A stretch of DNA of 64,000 bases from an uncultured Candidatus Saccharibacteria bacterium (GTDB lineage Bacteria; Patescibacteriota; Minisyncoccia; UBA6257): assembly GCA_964618625.1 (NCBI GenBank), contig CAZUBI010000001.1, forward strand, positions 1,940 through 65,939, written 5' to 3'. Below the pieces are notes generated by a model that saw only the letters and a list, made by a program, of their open reading frames with translations, was not told where the DNA came from and ran no database searches. Position numbers and translations under genes: made by a program. Shown piece by piece: positions 49,185 to 56,518 of the stretch. Within the stretch, counting starts at the first letter, position 1, and every line of letters begins with the position of its first letter.

Positions 49185-49249
49185 CTGCTATAGGGACAGC
49201 AGCATTTTTTTACTAATAAAATATGGAGGTTGAACCTCCATATTTTTTG
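49185..49249. terminator. two hairpin terminators between convergent genes; the second is bidirectional
   Basis: CTGCTATAGGGACAGCAGCATTTTTTT and ATATGGAGGTTGAACCTCCATATTTTTTG. Confidence 0.6.
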
Positions 49250-49271
49250 TTATTTTATTTCTTTTATCTTT

Positions 49272-49754
49272 TTAGTCCTTTTTTTCTTCTGTTTCGGAAA
49301 TATTAATATTTTTTGCTCGTTCTAATAAATCTTTTCTATCTGGATCATCAGTTAACGGACCATCTTCTCGTAGTAAATTTAATATTGTCCCGATTTCGCG
49401 TTTAGAAATTTCTTCTTTGCTTGTTTCTTCTATTCTATCCAATCCTTTTATAATATTTAGTTTAATAGGATTTTCTGCTTCCTTAGTTCTTTCTTTTCTA
49501 ATTTCCTTGTCATGAGCTTCAGTTTTTTTTATTTCTTCTGGCGCTATTAGATTTAATCTTTCTATCATTTTTTCTCTGTCAGGATCATTTGCTAAAGGGC
49601 CATTTTCTCGTAATAGATTTAACATGCTATTAACCCCTGATTGACTAATTTCTCCTTTCTTAGCCATTTCTTCTAACCTATCTAGTCCACTTATAATATT
49701 TTGTTTTATAACAGTTTCATTATTTTCTGACTTTGATTCAAATGAATTAAACAT
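49272..49754 (-). CDS. hypothetical protein with an internal tandem duplication of about 67 aa
   Basis: The repeats contain LNLLRENGPLANDPDREKMIERL and LNLLREDGPLTDDPDRKDLLERA. Confidence 0.45.
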   Translation of the reverse strand: MFNSFESKSENNETVIKQNIISGLDRLEEMAKKGEISQSGVNSMLNLLRENGPLANDPDREKMIERLNLIAPEEIKKTEAHDKEIRKERTKEAENPIKLNIIKGLDRIEETSKEEISKREIGTILNLLREDGPLTDDPDRKDLLERAKNINISETEEKKD

Positions 49755-49904
49755 ATTTTTAGTAATTTATTAGATTTTTAAAACAACTTTTATTTATTAT
49801 AATATACTTTCTTAATAATTGTCAATTTTGAGAACAAGGAGTTAATTTGGTTTAATTTTAGATATAAGAAATATAAAGGATATGGGAAGATTGAGGGAGA
49901 GACT

Positions 49905-49978
49905 TGACCCCCACACCATAACGAGCACTGAGTGTCTTTGGCACTAAGATACGAAGTATGTGCTCATTTGGTGTAGAG
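49905..49978. other. GC-rich imperfect long hairpin
   Basis: CACACCATAACGAGCAC...GTGCTCATTTGGTGT arms with an inner AGTG/CACT stem. Function and strand unknown. Confidence 0.25.
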
Positions 49979-49979
49979 C

Positions 49980-50076
49980 TTGACAAATTATTTTTGTTTG
50001 CTATAATGAAAATGCTGTTGTCTAGAGATATTAAATAGCTTGCTATCTAATTTCGAAAGGCGACAGCATTTTTTTA
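49980..50076 (+). ncRNA. family-4 element copy 1: a sigma70 promoter directly driving a ~60-nt hairpin RNA that ends in a T-run
   Basis: TTGACA-17-TATAAT, then AATGCTGTTGTCT...inner AGATA/TATCT stem...AGGCGACAGCATTTTTTT. Confidence 0.4.
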
Positions 50077-50096
50077 TCATTAAAAAAACAATTAAT

Positions 50097-50125
50097 TTGG
50101 CTTAATTTATATAATGTTATATAAT
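50097..50125 (+). promoter_or_regulatory. promoter of the GGDEF gene
   Basis: TTGGCT-17-TATAAT. Related in sequence to the promoter at 51474. Confidence 0.4.
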
Positions 50126-50143
50126 TAAAGTAAATATATTTTT

Positions 50144-50707
50144 ATGGATTCTAAAGTTAAAATTCTAAAAGAAGAAAATCAGAGACTAAAGAAGAAAATT
50201 GAAAGATTAAAGAAATTAACCACGGTTGATTTTTTAACCAAGCTTTATAATCGTCGAGCTTTTTCTCAATTCTTCAAAACTGTTTACGAAGAACTAAAAT
50301 GGGCAACTAAACATAAAACTCGACGTTCTCAAAAGTCTCAATTTTCACTGATAATAATAGATATTGACGACTTTAAAAAATTTAATGATAAATTTGGTCA
50401 TCTTTATGGTGATAAAATTCTGAAAAAGGTCGCTAAATTTCTTAAAGATTCTGTTAGGGACTTTGATATTGTTGCCCGCTGGGGAGGAGAAGAATTCGCT
50501 ATAATTCTTAAAGGTGTAAATTTATCCCAAGCCAAAAAAAGAGCTAAAATTATATTAGAAAGAAGCAGGGAATATCTTCCCGTTACTTTTAGCATTGGTG
50601 TTACTCAATGCAATCCAAAATATTCTTTAAGGCAAATTTTCGAAAAAACAGATAAAGCTTTGATAAAAGCGAAGAAACAAGGCAAAAATCAAATTGTGGT
50701 TGGATAA
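50144..50707 (+). CDS. diguanylate cyclase (GGDEF domain) with an N-terminal coiled coil
   Basis: RWGGEEF active-site motif, and DFLTKLYNRRAF preceding the GGDEF core. Confidence 0.8.
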   Translation: MDSKVKILKEENQRLKKKIERLKKLTTVDFLTKLYNRRAFSQFFKTVYEELKWATKHKTRRSQKSQFSLIIIDIDDFKKFNDKFGHLYGDKILKKVAKFLKDSVRDFDIVARWGGEEFAIILKGVNLSQAKKRAKIILERSREYLPVTFSIGVTQCNPKYSLRQIFEKTDKALIKAKKQGKNQIVVG

Positions 50708-50719
50708 TACAAATAACAC

Positions 50720-50810
50720 TTGACAAACTATTTTTCTTTGCTATAATGAAAGTGCTGTTGTCTTGAGGTATATAGCTTGCTATATATTAATGGGCAGCAG
50801 CATTTTTTTT
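50720..50810 (+). ncRNA. family-4 element copy 2: promoter driving a ~60-nt hairpin RNA
   Basis: TTGACA-17-TATAAT, then AGTGCTGTTGTCT...inner TATATAGC/GCTATATA stem...GGGCAGCAGCATTTTTTTT. The inner stem differs from copy 1 but still pairs. Confidence 0.4.
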
Positions 50811-50848
50811 GATAAAATATAGTATATAATTAGAATAACGAAAGTATT

Positions 50849-51400
50849 ATGTATATTGAAGAAATTAAAAATTGGTTTAGCCAAAATCCTGGATTAGTGC
50901 AATTCATACAATTTATTGCGCCAATTATTATTTCTCTATTATCAATCCGTTTTATCAAAAACAAAAGGCGGGAGCCTGTCTTAATTTTAGATGTCAAAAG
51001 CATAAAAGAATATTCCCAAAATAAGCAACAAAAAATTAAAGAAAATGGTTACCTAATTGCTGATTCTAATTATTTTTTACAGATTCGTAATGAAGGCGAT
51101 GACATTGCTTTAAATACATATGTTGAGAGCGATAATTTTAAAATTGTAAAATATCAGAATCACCAGATTGGTTTACAAGACGAGCTATCTATAGAAATTG
51201 TAAAAAAATCTGATAATGAAATAAAGAATTTAAAGGAACTAAATGGGGGAGTTTTAAAGATTTATTGCGAGACAATAGAAGGAATAGGATTTTATTTTAA
51301 ATATCAAATAATAGATATTGAAGAAAAGAGAGTGCGATTTATGTCCAAGGGTTATGGAAAAATTAAACAAAATAAAGGCAATTTCCGTCTTGATCATTAA
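50849..51400 (+). CDS. hypothetical protein with an N-terminal TM helix
   Basis: 183-aa ORF. Confidence 0.4.
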   Translation: MYIEEIKNWFSQNPGLVQFIQFIAPIIISLLSIRFIKNKRREPVLILDVKSIKEYSQNKQQKIKENGYLIADSNYFLQIRNEGDDIALNTYVESDNFKIVKYQNHQIGLQDELSIEIVKKSDNEIKNLKELNGGVLKIYCETIEGIGFYFKYQIIDIEEKRVRFMSKGYGKIKQNKGNFRLDH

Positions 51401-51432
51401 GGCACACCTAATAAATATAGAATATTAAGAAA

Positions 51433-51457
51433 AATGACCATTATGTGGTCATTTTTT
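51433..51457 (+). terminator. intrinsic terminator
   Basis: ATGACCATTATGTGGTCATTTTTTG. Confidence 0.5.
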
Positions 51458-51473
51458 GTTGTTTTATAGATTA

Positions 51474-51502
51474 TTGACTTAAATTATGTAATGTTATATA
51501 AT
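51474..51502 (+). promoter_or_regulatory. sigma70-like promoter
   Basis: TTGACT-17-TATAAT. Shares ...TTAAATTATGTAATGTTATATAATTA with the promoter at 50097. Confidence 0.45.
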
Positions 51503-51561
51503 TAGGATAGTAGAATGTCAGTCCTTTGATAATTAAAAATAAAAGGAAAAGGAGAGTGAAA

Positions 51562-51831
51562 ATGATGAGAATGTGGAGACCTGATTTAGTTTTACTGCAT
51601 TATTTAAATGGAAAGGATAAATTGACGCGCAAATCAGTTCTATCTATAGAAATGGAGGAAAAAAGGGTAAAAAGCAATGAAATTATATTAATTGTATTAA
51701 TCACAATATTTATATTATTCTTTTTTGCTCACAGCATAGAAATTCTTCTTGGTTTATTAGCTTTTGGATTGACTATTGGAATATTTGGGTTGATTAAAGA
51801 TAAAGATTATAAAGAAAGGAGAAGGACATGA
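51562..51831 (+). CDS. small membrane protein (start at the SD-preceded ATGATG)
   Basis: AAGGAGAGTGAAA-ATG. The C-terminal half is strongly hydrophobic. Confidence 0.4.
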   Translation: MMRMWRPDLVLLHYLNGKDKLTRKSVLSIEMEEKRVKSNEIILIVLITIFILFFFAHSIEILLGLLAFGLTIGIFGLIKDKDYKERRRT

Positions 51832-51911
51832 AAGGTAGAAGAATTTGGAGTGTTATAAAGAATTTTTTAATATCATTGCTTCTCGGTGAAGCTAAGGTAA
51901 GATGGAGGTGA
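51828..51911 (+). CDS. tiny peptide ORF (27 aa), overlapping the upstream stop by ATGA
   Basis: SD AAAGGAGAAGG. Amphipathic and hydrophobic. Confidence 0.25.
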   Translation: MKGRRIWSVIKNFLISLLLGEAKVRWR

Positions 51912-51916
51912 AAGAT

Positions 51917-52021
51917 ATGGAAGAAGAATTAACCTGTGGCGAAGCTGTATTTAGAATGTCTTGCTATGCGATTGGAATATTTATAATCGTGCCTCTTATT
52001 TTAAAATTATTTAATAGTTAA
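51917..52021 (+). CDS. tiny hydrophobic peptide ORF (34 aa)
   Basis: SD GGAGGTG 7 nt upstream. MEEELTCGEAVFRMSCYAIGIFIIVPLILKLFNS. Confidence 0.3.
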   Translation: MEEELTCGEAVFRMSCYAIGIFIIVPLILKLFNS

Positions 52022-52047
52022 TAGAAAGAAATAAGGCGGTGAGAATT

Positions 52048-52206
52048 ATGCCAACTATTCTATGGATAGTATGTGTCGGGATAGTAATTATCGGAGGAAT
52101 ACTAGTTTTTCAAAAAAATGAGGATGCGTTGTTGAATTTTTTTCTTTTCTCAATTGTTGTTTGCATTGGGATATTTTTTTCAAATCTTATCTCAATGTAC
52201 AAATAA
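52048..52206 (+). CDS. small hydrophobic peptide ORF (52 aa, 2 TM)
   Basis: SD AAGGCGGTGA 8 nt upstream. MPTILWIVCVGIVIIGGILVF... Confidence 0.3.
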   Translation: MPTILWIVCVGIVIIGGILVFQKNEDALLNFFLFSIVVCIGIFFSNLISMYK

Positions 52207-52230
52207 GGAAGAAGCTAACTTTTCTTGTGT

Positions 52231-53706
52231 TCAGGATGAGCCTGTTGAATTAATCAACAGGCTCAATTTATTGAATTGTTCAGCGCGGTCAAATTCATTT
52301 TTAAACTTTTCAAAACTTGTTGCAGCAGGAGAGAAGAGAATGATATTTCTCTTTTTCTGTTTTCTTTGACAGAGACTATAATAAAAACATTCTTCTAAAG
52401 ATTCAAAAACGAAGTATTTATTAAAGTATTTTATTTTATTTAATTCTTTTACTAATTTTTTACTTGCAGAACCATTAAGAATAACTAAGTTTTTAGGCAG
52501 TATGGTCTTTTTTATTTCTTCAGCCAATCTCTTAAATCTTAAATTTTTATCTGTTCCTCCGATAATTAGAATAAAGTTGCCATTTTTTTCTTTATTAAAT
52601 CTTTTTAGAGCGACGATAGTAGCATCTGGCGATGTAGCGCTACTGTCATTAACAACAAGCAGTTTTTTGCTTTCAAAAATTATTTCTTGTCGAAATTTGA
52701 CTTGAGATAATGAGGTAATTTGTTTTTTAATTTGAGTAAAAGTTAAACCGAATAATTTAGTTGCTAATATGGAAATCATTAGATTGTCTAAATTGTGTTC
52801 CCCCCAATACTTTGCAAATTTACTTGCATTGAATATTAATTTTTTCTTTTGATCTTTCTGATAATAAATTTGATCTTTTTTATTAAAGATTCCATTTTTG
52901 CCTTTAGGTAGGGGATTATGCGAGATAAAATAAACTTGGCTTAGCGGTTTTAAAGAAAGAAAGAATTTAGTCCATTTATTATCATAATTCAGGATTAAGT
53001 AATCAGTATCTTTTTGGTTTTGAAAAATATGAGCTTTTGCGCGAGCATAATTTTTCATATTGCCATGGCGATTAAGGTGATCTCTGTATAAATTAGTAAT
53101 GATGGCTATTTTGGGTGCTTTGTATTTTAGTTTTACTAATTCTAATGAACAACTAGGCAACTCTAAAACTATTGGGTTATTAATCTTCAATTTATCTAAA
53201 AATGAAAGGACTGGCTTATCTGGCGTATTGCCGCCGGCGACAACATCATTATATTTACCGCGTAAAAGATGGCCTATCCAATTAGTGATTGTGGTTTTTC
53301 CCCAACTGCCGGTTACTGCTATAACTGGATTTTTATTAAACCTAAAAAATAAACTCATTTCATTCTCTATTAATTTATTCGCTTGGCTGGCAATTTTAAG
53401 ATAGGGATTGTTTTTTACTAGTACACCTTGGTTTAAAACAATAATATCATTATTTTTAAAATCATTTTTGTTATGTTTGCCTAATACCAATTTTATTTTA
53501 GAAGAATATCTTTCTAATCTTTTCAGCGACTTTTTTAAATCCTTTTTCTGTTTTAAATCAGTAATAGTAAGTTTAGCTTTATGTTTTAAAAGCCATAAGC
53601 AAGTAGATACACCGCCGCTCAATATTCCCAACCCTACTACTAATATTTTTTTGTCTTCAATAAATTTATTGATTTCTTGCATAATAATTATTTTAACACT
53701 CAGCAA
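52231..53706 (-). CDS. murD: UDP-N-acetylmuramoylalanine--D-glutamate ligase
   Basis: N-terminal ILVVGLGILSGG Rossmann fold, and the Mur ligase P-loop VTGSWGKTT. Confidence 0.8.
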   Translation of the reverse strand: MLSVKIIIMQEINKFIEDKKILVVGLGILSGGVSTCLWLLKHKAKLTITDLKQKKDLKKSLKRLERYSSKIKLVLGKHNKNDFKNNDIIVLNQGVLVKNNPYLKIASQANKLIENEMSLFFRFNKNPVIAVTGSWGKTTITNWIGHLLRGKYNDVVAGGNTPDKPVLSFLDKLKINNPIVLELPSCSLELVKLKYKAPKIAIITNLYRDHLNRHGNMKNYARAKAHIFQNQKDTDYLILNYDNKWTKFFLSLKPLSQVYFISHNPLPKGKNGIFNKKDQIYYQKDQKKKLIFNASKFAKYWGEHNLDNLMISILATKLFGLTFTQIKKQITSLSQVKFRQEIIFESKKLLVVNDSSATSPDATIVALKRFNKEKNGNFILIIGGTDKNLRFKRLAEEIKKTILPKNLVILNGSASKKLVKELNKIKYFNKYFVFESLEECFYYSLCQRKQKKRNIILFSPAATSFEKFKNEFDRAEQFNKLSLLINSTGSS

Positions 53707-53769
53707 TCTCTATTGCCAACTCCTTTGGATAAGGGGTTGATTTTTCTTCTTTTCTTTGTTATAATTACT

Positions 53770-53885
53770 GTTGACGATCGCAAGGTCGTCAACGGTGGGG
53801 CTTCCTGTTTCTTGCTTGCAAGGGACAGGATCACCAGAAAAGCAGGTGTCTTTGATACCTGTTTTTCTTTTGTTTTTGGCTTAAG
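53770..53885 (+). ncRNA. GC-rich structured element with three hairpins and a terminal T-run (candidate small ncRNA, possibly SRP RNA-like)
   Basis: Preceded by TATAAT. Contains GTTGACGATCGCAAGGTCGTCAAC, CCTGTTTCTT-GCTTGC-AAGGGACAGG, and CAGGTGTCTTTGATACCTG followed by TTTTTCTTTTGTTTTT. There is a weak resemblance to SRP domain IV (CAGGATCACCAGAAAAGCAGG). Confidence 0.3.
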
Positions 53886-53905
53886 GGTGTTAAAATAAAA
53901 GAATT

Positions 53906-54829
53906 ATGGATATTAAAGATATTATCATTATTGGTAGTGGTCCAGCTGGTTTAACAGCAGGAATTTACGCGGGTAGAGCAAAACTTAAAACATTATTATT
54001 TACTGGTTCGCCTTCAGGGGGACAATTGATGCTTAGCGAACAAATTGATGATTTTCCCGGTTTTCCTGAGAAAATGACAGGTCCAGAACTTATTAAAAAA
54101 ATGACTGAGCAAGTTAAAAAATTTGATGTAGAAATGATAGAAAAAAATGTGGTTTCTGTAGATTTTCAAAAAAGGCCTTTTGTTATAAAGACAAACAATG
54201 AAGAATATTTAGCAAAAGCTATAATTGTAGCAACTGGATCTTCTGCCAGATGGCTTGGTTTAAAAAATGAGCAAAAGTTAATTGGTCATGGTATTTCTGC
54301 TTGCGCTGTTTGTGATGGTTTTTTCTTTAAAGATAAAATTGTAGGTGTAGTGGGAGGAGGTGATAGCGCTATGGAAAATGCTATTGTTTTAACTAAATAC
54401 GCAAAAAAGGTTTTTATTATTCATCGTAGAAAAGAATCAAGGGCATCTAAAAAATTACAAGAGGAAGTTTTTAATAATCCAAAGATAGAATTTATCTGGG
54501 ATACTATTGTTTCAGAAATTAAAGGAAAAGATTCTTTAGAGGGAGTTTATATAGAAGATGTAAATACAAAAGAAAAAAGGTTTTTAGAAATAGATGGATT
54601 ATTTGTATCAATTGGTTATAAGCCAGTAACTGATATTTTCCAAAATCAGCTTGATTTAGATAATAATGGTTATATCAAAGTAAAGGAAGATACAAAAACT
54701 TCTATTGATGGAGTGTTTGCCGCAGGGGATGTTTGCGACACTAAATACAGGCAGGCAATTACTGCTGCTGGCTTGGGCGCAATGGCTCTTTTAGATGCTG
54801 ACAAATGGTTGAGAGAACAAAATAAATAG
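53906..54829 (+). CDS. trxB: thioredoxin-disulfide reductase
   Basis: GSGPAGLTAG FAD motif, redox CAVCDG, and the NADPH motif GGGDSAME. Confidence 0.9.
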   Translation: MDIKDIIIIGSGPAGLTAGIYAGRAKLKTLLFTGSPSGGQLMLSEQIDDFPGFPEKMTGPELIKKMTEQVKKFDVEMIEKNVVSVDFQKRPFVIKTNNEEYLAKAIIVATGSSARWLGLKNEQKLIGHGISACAVCDGFFFKDKIVGVVGGGDSAMENAIVLTKYAKKVFIIHRRKESRASKKLQEEVFNNPKIEFIWDTIVSEIKGKDSLEGVYIEDVNTKEKRFLEIDGLFVSIGYKPVTDIFQNQLDLDNNGYIKVKEDTKTSIDGVFAAGDVCDTKYRQAITAAGLGAMALLDADKWLREQNK

Positions 54830-54892
54830 AATTGACATATCGTTTCCTTTGTGTTATATCTAGTTTAGATTTTTGATAAAAAGCAAATAATA

Positions 54893-55141
54893 TTGAAAAT
54901 TAGAAAGGAGATCCTTAGGATGTTTAGAAAGGTCATTAGAGAAATTGCTGTTTTTGTATTTTATACGTCGTTGATAATATATGTTTTAATATATTATCTC
55001 TTTAGTTTTTTCATAGATTGTTTTATGGGAACAAAAATAGCAAAATTGATCTTTTTAATCCAAAAAGGGTTAGAAAGATGTGCAGAGGATGTCACAGTCA
55101 AAATTATAAGAAGATTAGAAAAAAAAGGTATGTGGTATTAG
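54893..55141 (+). CDS. small membrane protein, hypothetical
   Basis: 82-aa ORF with 2 TM helices. Confidence 0.35.
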   Translation: MKIRKEILRMFRKVIREIAVFVFYTSLIIYVLIYYLFSFFIDCFMGTKIAKLIFLIQKGLERCAEDVTVKIIRRLEKKGMWY

Positions 55142-55185
55142 GGCGTCAAAATTTACTAAGATTAGAGATTAGACGCCCTTTTTTA
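55141..55185 (+). terminator. intrinsic terminator
   Basis: GGGCGTC...GACGCCC followed by TTTTTTA. Confidence 0.6.
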
Positions 55186-55193
55186 TTTCAAAT

Positions 55194-55252
55194 GAAATGA
55201 GAAACAAGGTTCTGCCGAGCGAAGTGAGGCAGGTTCTTATTTACAAATCTTT
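55194..55252 (+). repeat. 51-nt repeat family 3, intergenic copy
   Basis: GAAATGAGAAACAAGGTTCTGCCGAGCGAAGTGAGGCAGGTTCTTATTT. Confidence 0.5.
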
Positions 55253-55313
55253 AAAAATAATATAAAATATCAAGAGAAGCATGAATAAAAGGATAATAAA
55301 TTAGTATTAATTT

Positions 55314-55502
55314 ATGAATAAAATTTTTAATAATATCGGACTTATTCTGCTTGGTTTAGGCTTAGGATTGATTATAGCTCAGTATCTAAATTTAAACCCC
55401 TTCTTAATTTTGACTTTGATTATAATTAGCTTAATAGGTGGTGGTTTTTTAATTGCTTTCGGGATAAAAAGATCTAAGCCAGTAGAAAAAATAAAGACGT
55501 AG
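55314..55502 (+). CDS. small membrane protein, hypothetical
   Basis: 62 aa, 2 TM helices. Confidence 0.3.
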   Translation: MNKIFNNIGLILLGLGLGLIIAQYLNLNPFLILTLIIISLIGGGFLIAFGIKRSKPVEKIKT

Positions 55503-55517
55503 ATTAATTATATTTAT

Positions 55518-55952
55518 ATGTGTGGACCAATATGTGCTATAGGTATCGCTAGCGGATTAGGAATTTCCCGTTGGCTTGGTATAGATGATATGACTTTAGG
55601 ATTATGGATTGGAGCGCTTATTTTATCTCTTTCAATCCAATTTAATATCTTTTTAGATAAAAAAGGTAAAAGTTTTCCATTTAGTTTCTGGGTGATTTTT
55701 CTTAGTTCCTGGATTCTATCTTTCTTACCAATTTTAATGAACTTTGGTAAGTATACTATTTGTAGTATATGTGGTTTTCCTGAAGTAATTTGTGGTTCAG
55801 TTTTGGGAGTTTTGACGCTTTTCTTAGTGGATAAAGCAAATCTTTTTGTAATAGATAAACATAATAAAAAGGTTTATTTTTATTATCAAAAGGTTATCAT
55901 TCCAATTATTGGTTTGATTATTGTGAGTATGATTATAGAGGCTATGTGTTAA
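55518..55952 (+). CDS. membrane protein, hypothetical
   Basis: 144 aa, 4 TM helices. Confidence 0.4.
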   Translation: MCGPICAIGIASGLGISRWLGIDDMTLGLWIGALILSLSIQFNIFLDKKGKSFPFSFWVIFLSSWILSFLPILMNFGKYTICSICGFPEVICGSVLGVLTLFLVDKANLFVIDKHNKKVYFYYQKVIIPIIGLIIVSMIIEAMC

Positions 55953-55969
55953 TGTGTTAATAAAAAATT

Positions 55970-56512
55970 ATGAATATTGAAGAGCAAAAAGTTGCAGACT
56001 TATTTAATAAGATTAAAAAACTAAAGGAAGAAGGAAATGCCTTGGATTTATCATCCAAGGAAGATTTAGGTATTGCTATTATGAATTTAATTTCTACAGA
56101 GGAACATTTATTTTTTACTTATGAAAAGACCAAAGACAAGAAGTATTTGGATTTACTTAATAAAACAAGAAATTCTCGAAAAGAACTATTAGCAAAAATT
56201 GTTAAAGATCCTGAAGGAGAAATTTGGTGTATTTCAAAACATCTTTTATCTGCAAGTATGCGGTTAATGGAAGTAGGGACTAAAAAATTGGGAAATAAGA
56301 AGGAAAAAGAAGCCAAAGATTTATTTGATAAGGCTTATGCGCTTTGGAATATATTTTGGGGATTAAATCTAAATTTGATAGATGTAAAAGATGTTAAGCA
56401 ACGAGACGAGGAAGAAACTAATAATGTTAAAATAGAAAAAGGGAAAAAATTTAATGTTTTTGACAAATTAGGCGGTATTATTAAAAGTATCATGGATTGT
56501 TGTAAAGAGTAA
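55970..56512 (+). CDS. hypothetical cytosolic protein
   Basis: 180-aa ORF. Confidence 0.4.
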   Translation: MNIEEQKVADLFNKIKKLKEEGNALDLSSKEDLGIAIMNLISTEEHLFFTYEKTKDKKYLDLLNKTRNSRKELLAKIVKDPEGEIWCISKHLLSASMRLMEVGTKKLGNKKEKEAKDLFDKAYALWNIFWGLNLNLIDVKDVKQRDEEETNNVKIEKGKKFNVFDKLGGIIKSIMDCCKE

Positions 56513-56518
56513 TTTAAT

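Noticed and set aside
29352-52230. Island as an integrated prophage or ICE
   Set aside because: There are no integrase, terminase, capsid, tail, relaxase or T4SS genes. The genes are metabolic or repair enzymes, each with a host-type promoter.
52154-52369. 71-aa + strand ORF from the ORF track
   Set aside because: It overlaps the 3' end of murD on the opposite strand and the SD-preceded small peptide ORFs. It has no SD or promoter context, so it is probably spurious.
53770-53885. Confident SRP RNA call
   Set aside because: The similarity to the domain IV consensus is partial and I cannot run a covariance model, so it is kept as a low-confidence candidate only.
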